From Selaginella moellendorffii (lineage: Eukaryota > Plantae > Lycopodiophyta): a DNA stretch of 64,000 nt. Numbering within the stretch: the stretch's first letter is position 1; every line of letters begins with the position of its first letter. Position numbers and translations under genes: made by a program. Of the stretch, positions 25,168 to 37,586 are shown one piece after another. Below the pieces are notes generated by a model. That model was not told the origin of the DNA. It worked only from the letters and a program-made list of their open reading frames with translations, and did no database searches. Location: NCBI RefSeq assembly GCF_000143415.4, contig NW_003314295.1, positions 1,107,054 to 1,171,053 on the forward strand, read 5' to 3'.

Positions 25168-25905
25168 ATGGAGGACGATCTCGAAGCGGTCGAATGCGCG
25201 GTGCGCCGCGTGCTCAATCAGGAGCTGGACGGCGGCGGCGAGAATGCGGGTGGAAAGATCGAGCTGCTCCACAGGCTGATCGAAGAGGTACTCGATTGAA
25301 TGACTAGAGAGGATTTTTGGAAATTTTCATAGGTGCATGCTGCGCGAGCTCGATCGAGGAAGGAGTCGAAAGCCTCCTCCGATGCTTCAGAGAATGCAGC
25401 GGTGAAGGCGGCTGTGGCGGCTGCAAATGCCGCACAGGCGGCGGCGGATTCAGTGGCCAAGAACTCGCGGATGATCGAACTTCTCTTGGATACTGTGAGA
25501 GTTTCTCGTCGTGATCATCGTCGGGGAGCTGCTGCTGTGGATAGTACCGACGACGACGACGAGTCTTTGCCTGAGAGAGGAGATGAAAACGAGAAGGAAG
25601 AGAAGAAGCTTTTGCGCATCGTGAGAAACTTACAGCGGCAGAACGTCATCACGCATTTTATCCTGGGCTTCATGGTGATCACTACGGCCATCTGGAGGGT
25701 TAAAGAGATCACTTGGATACTCCGGGTACGAAAGATGCTGGCCAATCCACTAGAGACAGTGGGCGGGATCTTTGGAGGCGATCATCACCAGGAGCATCAT
25801 CGCAAACACAAGGAAGAGATCGAGAAGCCGCTGCAGTTGCCGCACTTGGAGCTGCCGACACTGTTTCACAAGTCCGAAACGACAGAAGATTCTATTTCTT
25901 CGTAG
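25168..25905 (+). CDS. Uncharacterised plant membrane protein; 2 exons (intron 25288-25332)
   Basis: In-frame GT-AG intron; coiled-coil followed by LQRQNVITHFILGFMVITTAIW TM segment, like conserved plant uncharacterised TM proteins. Confidence 0.72.
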
Positions 25906-26760
25906 CGGAGTTTCTAAAGGTTTGCTTCTTCCGTTTTTCTATCTATTATCTTCGACAGAAGTTTTCCTTCCTGTTTGCCATCTCGCAGGACTATATTTTC
26001 AAGTTCCAGCGAAACAAAACAAATCATGATAGCAATTACATATAAGGTGCCATGACCGCGTTTCATTTTTCAGCGATAACGAAGTTTTTTTCTCTCCGTT
26101 TCAGGTGATTAAAGTCTATCCTCTTAAGTACCCGGAGAAGAATAAAAATTTCTCCTTCGCTCAGCAAACCAGATGATTCAAGTTCCTCCAGAGATCGACG
26201 AAGAAGCACATCGAGTTCGTTTACATTTTTTGATAAAGTCGTTCTGTGAGTGCTGACATGGGCACGATCACTGCCCCGTGGCGGTGACGTGGCGTCGTCC
26301 TTGCTAGCGTCGCTGTCAGTGACCAAAGGACCGAGAGGGGAGGAGAAAAGAAAAGAGAGAGCAGCACTGTTGAGTGAGCGAAGGCTAACTCCTGTGTTTG
26401 AGAGAGTGAGTGGAGAGTGCTTTCCTTGCTCCGTGTAAGTGTGGTGTTTAGTGTGGAGCTCCCAAGTGTGCGTGTGTGTGTGGGTGTCGTGTGTGTGCTT
26501 GGCTTGGCTTGGCTACTACTGCTTTGTTTTTGTGGCTTTCTTCTTTTGGGTGTTAGTGGACAAGTCAAGAGGGTCAGTCCTGACCAATTCCTGCGGAGAA
26601 ATTTGCCGGTCGAGCCTTGGAGCTGGGTAAGCACTAGTTCTTAGCTACGAGGCACTTGGGCAGGGGGGTTAGAAGCAAACAAAGGTACAGATAGGGAGCA
26701 GGGAAGCCGGAGGCTGACTAGAAAGCACTAATGGAGATGTTGGGGTAGGAGGCTCTGGAG

Positions 26761-29700
26761 ATGGAGAGCGAAGAATTGGCGAGAAAAGGGGCGGCCCAAG
26801 ACAAGGGACAAGAATGCAAGGAGGATTCGGCAAGGTTGGTTTACGTTTTTCTACAGTTGTGCTGCTGCGGGTTTGATGCTCTTTTTTGGTTCTTTGCAGG
26901 CCAGTTTTTGGTGAGGCATCAAAGGTGGAAAGCGCGGAGCGTAGAGAGAATGAGTACTTTGTCGAGCAAGATGCGGTTTTGCCGATAGCACAGCCGACGA
27001 GTGAGCCGGGTTTGACATGCTCGGGCCTAGACGCAGGTATGGAGATCGAGGATTTCATAAACGAGACTGTGGAGGAAGGCAAGTCGGACAAAGTATCGGA
27101 GCAGCAGCTTGTCAAATCCACTACAATCATAGAAAAAAGTTTGACAACAACACAGCCATCGACAGCAACAACTCCAGGCAGTGAGAATGTTACCGAGAAA
27201 GTAGCGGAAGTTGTCATCATAGACCAAGATCAAGAAGTGGAAAAGTCGGAGGGGGGGAAACCTCAGGAAGGGCCGACTAAACTGGAGCAGTCTCAAACAA
27301 AAGTTGTGGAGGTGGCCGTAACTTTAACTGCTGGAGAGAACGAGGAAACAATCGATGGGGCTGCTCTCAAGAGTATGCAACTCGAAGCTGGAGATGGGAG
27401 TGACAAAGGTACTGCTACGCCGAACTCGACGAGTGGTCAGGAGAAGGAAACTGTCGAGGACGTTGGTGCTGCTCCAAAGGTGAATGCAAAAGCTCCCAAA
27501 TCTTGCGTGGTCAACATGGCTAGCGACGATAACCGAGGAAAGAAGGATGGTCAGAAAGGTGGAGCTAAGAGCAATGGTCGTTCCAAGAAGAACCAGGCTG
27601 ATCAAACAGTTGTGGTAGTAGAAGGGGAGGCTCCTGCTACTGCTACTGCTGCAAAGCCTCCTGCAAAGAGAGGCCGTAAGCCAGGCAGCAAGCGAGCGGA
27701 GAAAGCAGCGCCTGATAATACATCCAAGAGTCGTTCCTCGTCAGGAGAGCCAAAAGCACCTCCAGTTACCTTGGATCTTACTACGCAGCCTTTCAGTGAT
27801 GCGCAGCAAGTGCAATTGCGTGCTCAAATCCTCGTCTATGGCGCGATCATGTAAGCTATCTGTCTTGCCATTGCTTTCATAATCTTTTCTCTTTTGCTTA
27901 CAGACAAGGCTCTGTGGCAGACGAAACTTTAATGGGAGCTGCATTCACGGACATCTCCAAAGGTTCTTGCTGGTTTTAAAATTTGGATTTGGATGACTGA
28001 ATTTTTGTTTCTCTCTCTTTCTTTTTGCAGTAAGTAACCTTGAATCGTTTGAAAGTCAAGCTGGCTCCTCCAGATCGTTATGGGAAAAGGCATGGAAAAC
28101 AGCATCCGAGCGCATGGTTAAAGCCGCTGGCAAATTTGGAGGAAGAAACAGTCCACCGGCACCAAGGCCGCCACCTTCCAATTTGAGTCCCACAAATCTT
28201 CCAAAGTCTCCGTCGTCGAGGGGAAAGAAGAGTGGTGCTACTCCGCCGCCGGCGGTGACACCGCCCAGTACGTCCGAATTTCCTTCGGTATCTCCAGTGG
28301 CAACTTCCGTCATGACAATGGCTTCAGCAACGGTGGCTTCGTGGAACTCCGCGAGAGCTCGAGCACCTTCTCCAATGGGATCTGCAGTGGATAGCTGGCT
28401 CTACCGGTCTAGCTTTCCATTTGGTCAGCACCTCAACCTCTCGGCAAGCCCCGCCCCTCAACAGCCGCCATCGCAGTGGGGGGTTCCTTCGCAGCTTTCG
28501 ACACCTATACGTGGAGGCTGGGGTGTTTTCTCTCAGGCCTCGTTTGGATCACAGCCACCACCGTTCCCTCTGTTTTCTTCTCCGCATCAAGCGATGCCAC
28601 CGCCAGCAGCGGTGGCGGCACTGGAAGCTGACAGAGGCAAAGGCACAGGGAAAAGAAAAAGGCTCGACGATTCAGAAAGCACTCCAGCTCCTGCTTCTTC
28701 GTCACAGGTGATTCCCAGCGACGTTTCTCCAGCCACCGCAGGACTTTTAGAAGGCAACGGTAACACGCTTGGTATCATGAGCCAAGAAGAACTGGACAGG
28801 TTGCGTGGCGAGGACTTGGTTCACCGTTTGGAGTCGGCGAAGAAGAAGGCGGAGGAGGCTGCCTCGGCTGCGTCGAGTATGGTGGAGCAGAGCCAGACCG
28901 TGTGGGATGATATCAAGGAGAAGCAACGCACTAAGAACATGTCTACCAGGGAAGGGCATCTTGCTTCTTCTCTGGCTGCTGTAAGTGCTGCTGCGTCGGT
29001 TGCCAAGGCTGCTGCGGCTGCTGCCAACGTTGCGTATGCCGCTGCGTTGCAAGCTCGAGCCATGGCAAATGAGATAGTCTTGTCGAGGAAGGAGGCATCA
29101 AACTTCGACGACACAGACCCAACCGTAACTCACGTTACGCAGGGTGACGACAGGTCCGCCCAGCTCAAGTCTGCGATCTCCGGCGCGAAGGTGGCGACGA
29201 AACAACACGTCGAGGCTACCGCTCTAGCATTCACGAAGGCAGAGAATTTGGAGGCTGTTGTGAGAGCTGCAGAGCTCGCTGCTCAGGCTGCTTCCCAGGC
29301 TGGGAAAGTCATGTCGCTTGGAGATCCGGTGTCACTGACAAGCAGCGAGAAAAATGCAAAGCCGGGAGGTAGAGTGTCTGGGAAGAGGAATACTCGATCA
29401 AAGACAGCAGCAGCGAAGAAGAACAGGAGCAACGTTGAGGAGGAAGCTGTAGCAAAGGAGCAGAACGAAGAGAATTCGGCCGAGGGGGAGGGAACTCAGG
29501 GGAACGAAACTGCGCCGGCGCCGAGAGGTGATGAAGTTGCCGTGAGTAATAAAACTGGAGCAGCACAGGGAGACGTTGTGGATGCCGAGCCATCAGAAGG
29601 CTTAGTCGAAGACAAGCAGCACAACAGGCCGGAAGAGATCACAGTAGGCTCCCATGTCGAGGTATATCTTTAGCGTTTCTCCTTGTAGGCTTTTTAGTTT

Positions 29701-31008
29701 TCCTCCTTTTTTTTCTCTTTCGGTTGTAGCATATTGTAGTAAGCGTTGATAATAATGCCTTGCAGATTGTTCCAGACGAGGATGGGCTTCAAGGAGTATG
29801 GTTCTCAGCCAAGGTTAAAACTCTGAATGGTGATGACGCTTTGGTTGTTTATGACGAGCTTCTGGATGATGATGGTTGTTACCTTCTTTTCTTTCGCCTG
29901 TTTAGTTTTCTACTGGTTGAGAAACTTACAGTGGCCTTTTTCTTGTGTTGCAGGAAACGGCAAACTTGAAGAATGGGTGAATATCACGAGTCGAATCGAC
30001 AATGTTCCGCGTGTGAGGACGGCGCATCCAATGACCAAGGATGGAGGCATGCGCAAGAGGAGAAGGGCTTCGCAAGGAAGCCAGAAGTGTTATGTTGGTG
30101 ATCACGTCGATGTTTGGATGCGGGACGGGTAAGCTCTAGAAAAAAAAAGCCCGAATGAACTAATCAAAGCTGCAGGTGGTGGGAAGGGGTTGTTCAATCG
30201 GTGGACGAGAGCCTTGTCACAGTTTTCTTCCCAGGTAAGTTTTACAATACGTTTCCTTGCAAAAAAGAATTTTTCTTTGGTTGTTTTCGCAGGTGATGGC
30301 GATACTGAAGCTACCAAGTCTTGGAATTTGAGGCCGTCTCTGGTGTGGAAAGACGATGCATGGGTACTTTGGCGGGATACTTTGGGTCAGAAAAGCAAGA
30401 AACAGGTAAGAAGCTACTCTTCAAGTCTGGAGAAACGATTGACGATTTGTTTCGCTCTAATTGATAGAAACTGGAGGATGGTGGTGGCAATCTGTCCTCT
30501 CAAGAACTGGAAACACCCGAGACCCCGACTGGCAAGAGAAAGAAACTTGATTCCGCGACACCAACACCAGGAACAAGCGAAGCTCCTACTCCTACCAGAC
30601 CTGCTGCAAGGGCCAAGCCTACTAAGAGAAGGAAATTTTCCGACGTGATCGAGAAGGACCAAGAGGCGAGGGACGCCTCCTTAGCGAAGCAGCAAACGAC
30701 TCCACCGTCGTCGAGCAGAACTCCAAAACAGCAGCAGGGAAAGCTCAAGAAATCGACACCAAGCAACAAGAAGAGCTCGCCACCACCGAAAAGGACAAGG
30801 CAAACGAGCAGCGCCAAAAGTAACGACGAGGGAGAGGTCCGAAAGTCCGGGAGGATGATACATCCTACTTCCAAGGTGTGTTAATCTTCGCCATTTAGTT
30901 TCCTTCCTTGATAACCTTTCTTTTCTCCTTGGCCAGCTATTGGAAGGTTTAGAGACAACACCCAAACCAGCCAGCAAGAAATCTGGGACGCAGCAATCCG
31001 CTAGCTGA
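26761..31008 (+). CDS. SWO1: Agenet/Tudor-domain protein, G2484-1/SWOLLEN1-like; multi-exon
   Basis: PFSDAQQVQLRAQILVYGA motif, Ala-rich helices, Agenet repeats (GSHVEV...GVWFSAKV; GDHVDVW...WWEG), C-terminal RMIHPTSKLLEGL. Confidence 0.82.
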
Positions 31009-31059
31009 TGTACTTTTACCAATCTCGTTTTCCTTGTTAACTACTTTTGCGTCCTGAAT

Positions 31060-31601
31060 TCTCTCTTCCACAGATCGTCATCCTTAGAGGAATCTGTATC
31101 TCCCTAGACTCGGCTTTGGCGTCTTGGCCGCGGCAAACAAAGCAAGATCGAAAGGAGCTAAAGAATTCTTTAAAGCGTTTGCACGCGTTAGCTGGATCTT
31201 CTCGGTCGCTACGATTGTCTCGAGGTATCTCTTGTTTTGATCAAGGATACGGAAAGGAGCTTTGCAGAACGGGCACTTGGGAATGCTAACCAGGCAATGA
31301 ATTTGCGAGCAGCGGCTTATGCCGGCCCCATTTTTTTTATGCAGTCGAAGCAAAATTGGTGGCCGCATCGCATGCCAAAAACTCCCTCCACGTTTGTCTG
31401 GTTCTCGTCGTGGCAAGTAACACGCTCAAGCTCGACGACGTAGACAATCTTCTTGTCAATGGTGACGGACTCTCGCTCCTTGGAGCTGTCCCGGCGGACG
31501 GTGTTCCTAAGGGGTTCCTAATTCGCGCGGCTGAAACGATTGCGACTTTGGTGACGTCTTTGGAGGGAAAAAAAGTCAAGCTTGTCACTGGCTTTAAAAC
31601 C
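31060..31601 (-). pseudogene. Decayed DNA copy of the RING/PHD half of the gene at 34250-35080
   Basis: Long matching blocks (e.g. ATGCAGTCGAAGCAAAATTGGTGGCCGCAT, GGTGACGGACTCTCGCTCCTTGGAGCTGT) with many short deletions and a frameshift. Confidence 0.88.
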
Positions 31602-31840
31602 TTGGACTCATTCTGCTTTTCTGTCGTTTGGATAGGCAAACGTGCTAGTCTCGAAGATATGCTTAAGGATTTGAAGAGATAGGTACTGCTAATTACCCGT
31701 GGAGAGCTGCTGATAATTGCAACATCTTAACTAAAACTTATGACTACAGGCTCTAGATTTGTTCGAAGGGAGCTTTCCAAGTATGTTTGAAGTTGCCAGC
31801 AATGTAGAGGCACTGGAGCAACTAGGCTTTGGCTACCAAT
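31600..31840 (+). pseudogene. Decayed DNA copy of BRO1 region 18202-18523 (includes intron sequence)
   Basis: Shared AACGTGCTAGTCTCGAAGATATGCTTAA, intronic CTTGGACTCATTCTG, and GGAGCAACTA. Confidence 0.88.
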
Positions 31841-32079
31841 GCGCCATATCGAGGGAGTGTGTGGCCTTTTCTAAACAAGCTTTTTGAATTTTAGGGTTTT
31901 AACGACTCCATGTTCAAAGCACAATTTTGGTATATGCTTCTTCAACTGGATTTAGGGTTCTAAAGAATTGGGGGAAAATCAGCAATTGCAAATCTCCACG
32001 TAATGTGACGCGACCGTTGACCCTAACCGGAAACGTTTTGTTAGTTTTCTGGGTGGTGCGCTCTTTTCTGAAGGAGAAA

Positions 32080-34115
32080 ATGGCTGGAACTGGAGTGTTC
32101 AAGGCATGCCTTGATGGCGACGTCTACAAGTATTACGCTGATGGCGATTGGAAGATGTCATCATCTGGGAAGACCGTCTCTGTCACAAACCCTACCACAG
32201 GGAAGCCCATCTACAAGGTCACAGGTTCGCACTCAGACATAGTGCGTTCGTGCAGCTTCAAAATTTGCTCTTTGGACTTGGCAGCTTGCACCCAAGACGA
32301 GATCAACAAGGTTTTTCAGAGTGCCAAGGCAGCTCAAAAGCTATGGGCAAAGACTCCCTTGTACAAGCGGGCTGAAATGCTCCACAAGGTTTCAGTCATC
32401 ATGAAGGAACACAAAGCACCCCTGGCGGATTGTTTGGTCAAGGAAGTTGCCAAACCTGCCAAGGATGCTGTCACCGAGGTTTTTTCCCCTACCACCACCA
32501 CCCACGCTTAAGCAGCAAGAACAAGATTAAGGTGACAGAGCTCCATAGCTGTCTTTGTTCTAAATTCCTGTCTTGTGTAGGTTGTCCGCTCCGGTGATTT
32601 GATAGATTATACAGCCGAGGAAGGTATAAGGATCATGTCGGAAGGCAAGTTTTTGGTTTCCGATCCATTTCCAGGGAACGAAAGAAACAAGCTGTGCTTG
32701 TCTTCAAAGGTTTGTATACGTTTCTTGGTTTCTAGCGACAAAAAGGAACTGCATTGCAGGTTCCTCTTGGAGTTATTCTCGCGATTCCTCCATTCAACTA
32801 TCCAATCAACCTTTCGGTTTCTAAGATTGGGCCAGCTCTTATCACTGGAAACTCCGTCGTGATTAAACCTCCAACTCAGGTATGATTTTACTTGATGTAT
32901 CATAATGTGTGACTTGGCGGTCTTTATCAACTTACAGGGTGCCGTCTCTACTATTCACATGATGCACTGCTTTCACTTGGCAGGATTTCCCAAGGGCTTG
33001 ATTTCATGTGTGACCATTAAGGTCTCAGAATTGGGTGACTTCCTCACAACCCATCCAGCAGTAAATTGCATCAGGTACTTACAATATGGTTATGGAGGAG
33101 GTGCCTAATGTACTTATACTGCAGCTTTACTGGAGGATGCGACACTGGCATTGCAATCTCCAAGAAAGCGAACATGATTCCCTTGCAGATGGAGCTGGGT
33201 GGAAAAGATACAATGCTTGTTCTCGACGATGCAGATGTGGAGTCCGCTGCTGTCAACATCATGAAGGGAGGCTTTGCATTCAGGTATGCTTTCGTGTTGA
33301 ACTTTACATGTTGAAGTGAGCCCCTTTTCAGCGGCCAGAGATGCACAGCGGTAAAGGTTGTCTTGGCCATGGAATCCATTGCAGACGCTCTAGTATCTAA
33401 AGTAAATGCCAAAGTTGCAAAGCTGTCTGTTGGACCTCCTGAGAATGACTGTGACATTGTCCCGGTTGTGAGCGAATCCTCTGCTAATTTCATTGAAGGG
33501 CTCGTGATGGACGCAAAGCAGAAAGGTGCTAAACTCTGTCAGGTAATTCGTCAACCTCCGAGGCCATATAACATTTCTAAGCTCAATTATATAACAGGAA
33601 TGGAAAAGAGAAGGCAATCTGATCTGGCCCCTCCTGATCGATCATGTCAAACCTGACATGCGAATTGCTTGGGAGGAACCATTCGGGCCTGTAATCCCCG
33701 TCTTGCGCATCAAGACAGCTGAAGAAGGAATCAACCACTGCAACTCAAGCAGATACGGTCTCCAGGTATTCTATCGATTTACTTATCGTGCGAAGAACGC
33801 ACTAGAGATCCTTGTAATTTTCAGGGGTGTGTTTTTACCAAGGATGTAAACAAGGCAATGCTTGTGAGTGACGCCATGGAAACTGGAACTGTGCAAATAA
33901 ACGCAGCTCCTGCTCGTGGACCAGATCATTTTCCCTTCCAGGTATATAGCAAATGCATTTTTTAAGCTCTTGGGCGATGAATGTATGCTGTGTAAACGCA
34001 GGGTATACGTGACAGTGGCATTGGATCTCAGGGAGTTACCAACAGTATCAATATGATGACCAAAATCAAGACCACAGTCATCAACCTGCCTCAACCATCA
34101 TATACAATGGCATAA
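32080..34115 (+). CDS. GAPN: Non-phosphorylating NADP-dependent glyceraldehyde-3-phosphate dehydrogenase (ALDH11); multi-exon
   Basis: MAGTGVF start, PPFNYP, MELGGKD, GQRCTAVK, WEEPFGPV, PDHFPFQG, C-terminal SYTMA. Confidence 0.93.
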
Positions 34116-34275
34116 CTTTTTACCTGTTTTACAATAAAGTGGCAGAAGAATTTCTGCTTTCCAGCAATTAAGCATCACGTAAACAGTATATAAAGCACTT
34201 GAGCCAAACAAGCCGCGGGATTCTGGATTTGGAAAGTTCTTGTGTTCTAAGTTCCTCTTGCACAGATCGTCGTCC

Positions 34276-36058
34276 TTAGAGTCTGAATCGTCGCCCTTGT
34301 TCCAAGCAGACCCGGCACTCCCACGGGTAGAGAGCATCTACCCGTGGAGGATCCAAGCAAAATGTATGAACTGCTCGACTGCGGCAAACGTTGCACACGA
34401 GCAAGAGCTCTTCGGCGTCCTGGCCGCTGCAAATAACGCACGATCGAGCCTGAACGAAAGATTAGGATTAGGAGCTAAAGAGTTCTCTGGCAAAGCTTAC
34501 CACAGGGAAAGCGTTTGCACGCGTTCGCTGGATCTTCTTCTCGATCGCCACGATTGTCTCGAAGTATCTCTTGTTTTCATCATCGTCTGCCAAGGATATG
34601 AAAGGCTCCCTCTTGGTGATAAAATCGAAAGGGGCTTTGCAGAGCGGGCACTTGGGGGTGTTGGCGGAGCCCTGGCAAAAAGAGAAGAGAAGATGTTACC
34701 CAGGCGATGAATTTGCGAGCAATGGCTTACGGAATGCTGGCTCCATTTTTTGATGCAGTCGAAGCAAAATTGGTGGCCGCATGCCAAAACTCCCTCCACA
34801 TTTGTCTGGTTCTCGTCGTGGCAAATAACACACGCCACGTCTTCGCTCGAGCTCGACGACGTAGACAGTCTTCTTGTCGATGGTGACGGACTCTCGCTCC
34901 TTGGAGCTGTTCCGGCGGACGATGCTCCCAGATCGCGCGGATTGGAAGCATCGTCGATGCGAAGGGGCGGCTGAAACGGTTGTAACTTTGGTGACGTCTT
35001 TGGAGGGAAATAAGTATCAAGCTGCACCTCGACTTTGCGTTCAGTGGCGTCACTGTTCTTTGTCACTGGCTGTAAAACCTGCAAACACACATACACACAG
35101 TTTGTGAAAATGTAATATCAACAGCTCTCACCTTTCTCCGGGAGGCGCTTTCGCGAGACAAATCTCTGAAGCCTTCAAGATTGTTGATCTCGTGCTTTCT
35201 CTTCGTTTTCCTGTCCCTGCTTGGAGGCGCAGATCTTTTGCTCGACTCGGCGATCTCATCTTCTAGTAGAAAGGCATCCAGTCCCGTCAAGATGCTTTTC
35301 TCCCCGTGGTTTCTCGGTCTGCATCTTTTGTTCTCCTTTCCACTTGTCGTCGAAGGCTCTCTTCTTGCCCTCTCTCGCGGCCGCGGCGGGGTGGTTGACT
35401 GATGGTGCGGTGTGGGGCTTCGCGCATCTTGATCCAAGCAGCTGGCTTGAGGTTCTTGAGGTCCCGTAACATCCTCCCTTGCAGTATAGCCGCCAGCTCT
35501 CCTGACTTCTCGATATGTCACTGGACCAACTTCTTTCCCGCTAGTCGCAAAATAATGGAACAGTTCGAGTGAGATGAAGCCTTTGCGAAAAAAAAAACAC
35601 TCACCTTTTGTGCGTATAAGGTTCTTCCGGTAGCCGGCTGCCAGCCCTCAAGCAGTCCTCAAACCACTGATGGTTGACGATTTTAATTCCCAGCTCTTTA
35701 GACAAATGATACTTTTTTCCAGTAAAGCTCCGGCAGACCTCCCAAAGGAAAGTGTCAGCAAAAAGAACAAGGACAAAGAAAAAACAGATCTTACTAAATG
35801 GGTGTGACTCGTAGATAGATCTCCCAGAAATAACGCGCCCGTCCTGTTGATCAACGCGACGACTCTACTTCGCTGCGTACCTGTATATCCGCTAATGGTA
35901 ACGATCAAGGAATCCATCCCCGGCACAGAATGCAGCCCATCGCCGCAGCCATAATCCTCCCCATCCTGATCGGAATCCTCAATGGTGATGGTCTCAGCTG
36001 TGCTGCATCGGCGCGCCGGGAGAATCACGCCAGCGCCTCCACCGGCATTCCCCTCCAT
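34276..36058 (-). CDS. BRCT + RING + PHD-finger protein; multi-exon
   Basis: BRCT (VTISGY...HTHLVC...IVNHQWFEDC), C3HC4 RING (CVIC...CGHQFCFDC...CPLCK), PHD-like tail (CNVC...HTFCLDP...WECRVC). Confidence 0.85.
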
Positions 36059-36124
36059 CGCAGCAAAGAGCCCTAAATAAAAACCCTCCAAAAGAGCCCT
36101 GAGGAAGAAATTCAAAAATCCTGG

Positions 36125-36294
36125 GACGTGGCAATCTCTAATTACATTGATAAACAAAGATTAAAACTTATGGTCGAGATGATGCCACAACGAGTACCAC
36201 GTGTCCATTATCCGTTGGGGGGAGCCGGTCGCACGCTCGATACCCAACCGCGACAGTTTCTCATTTATCTTCCCTCTCTCGTTGCAAATATAAA
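36125..36294. promoter_or_regulatory. Divergent promoter (BRCT gene / MIR536) with ABRE/G-box cores and a TATA box
   Basis: GACGTGGC at 36125-36132, CACGTGTC at 36198-36205, TATAAA near 36289 on the + strand. Confidence 0.45.
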
Positions 36295-36670
36295 GACGAG
36301 GCAAACGCGTATGTCCGTGTCTTGTTCTTGTTTTTCGGTATTTTAGGGCTTTTGCGAATGGAGTGGAGACGTGTGGAGCGTTGGAGGGCTGATTGGAGGC
36401 CGGGCGGCAAAAGATCTCTGCTGCTCGCACGATTTTTCACACAGATCTTTTCTCTAGCGGTGTCAGGCGATCAGGAATGGCCAGGTAATATCGCGACTAC
36501 ATATTCTCCCACCCATGTACTGGAAGGAGAATGTAGTTCATAGGCTCTCTCCTCGTTTAGATTCGAGCTCTTCCAAGGATCTCTTCTGAGCTTTTCTTTT
36601 TGCCTTTTTCTCCAGATCATGAGAGAGCTAGCATTCCACTCGCGATCCATCGGCCGATCAGTCGATGCGT

Positions 36671-36819
36671 CGAGCGCTGTGTTTTTGATGCACTCAGCTT
36701 GACACGGCCGTGCTTGGAAGTCTGGAAAGTTTTCTTTCACGCTCCACTGATGCTGCTGCTGCAATGCGTGCTCTCTCTCTTGGTCGTGTCAAGCTGTGTG
36801 CATCACAACGCATTGCTCG
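36671..36819 (+). ncRNA. MIR536: MIR536 precursor hairpin; mature miRNA ~36784-36804 (UCGUGUCAAGCUGUGUGCAUC)
   Basis: 5' arm TGATGCACTCAGCTTGACACGGCC (36686-36709) pairs almost perfectly with GGTCGTGTCAAGCTGTGTGCATCA; the 3' arm matches the miR536 family (UCGUGCCAAGCUGUGUGCA.., recalled). Confidence 0.85.
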
Positions 36820-37586
36820 TTTTCAAGATCTCCTTTCTTCTCCAAATCTCTAGGCCTAGACGCTCTCCCGCAAGAACAAGCATCGGTTTCTTCTACAAGT
36901 GACGCTCTTTCTCTCCCTTTCTCTCTCTCGTAGCAACTTTCTTTTCTCTTAAGCGTCTCTGGCTCACAGCATCTCGATCTTTCTGTGCTTTTCCTTGTAC
37001 GCACCTTGACAGGGATCATCGAGTTTGAGAACCATCTAGCAGTGAAAGCTCAAACACATACCATCTCTTAACTTCTCCAGGGAGAGATCATCCTCCCGAG
37101 AGGGAGGTAGCGAGGTATAGATATTTTTTTTCCTTCTTTCTTTTGTCGACATGGGGATGTGGATCCACTTCCATCTCTTTTTTCTATTTTTTCTATCGTT
37201 CGCTCTCGACAGCTTGTGACTCATCCAGGTTCGTACGTCGGGGGTCTTTAAATTTTATTAGTTTCTCACGTCCTTTTGCAGCCTCTCGTGGAACACGTAT
37301 GCCAACGATTCAATTCCCTTCCCCTTTGCGCTTAAACTACGTTAGTGGCTGTGTGGTCTCCACACACTACACAAATCTCAACTTTCACGCGGCGCCGGAG
37401 ATTGTTTAAAGCGAAAAATCAAAGCTTTCTTTCTTTGACAATGACGAGGACAAAGCTCGCCTCCTTCGGTTCACTGTACAAGTTTATCAAAACTTCGCCG
37501 AGTTTGCAAGTTTAGAAGCTAAAAAAAATGCTTTTTTTGTTTTTTTTTGGTTTTTTTTTTTTGTTTTTTTGTGTTGAAATCGAAAC

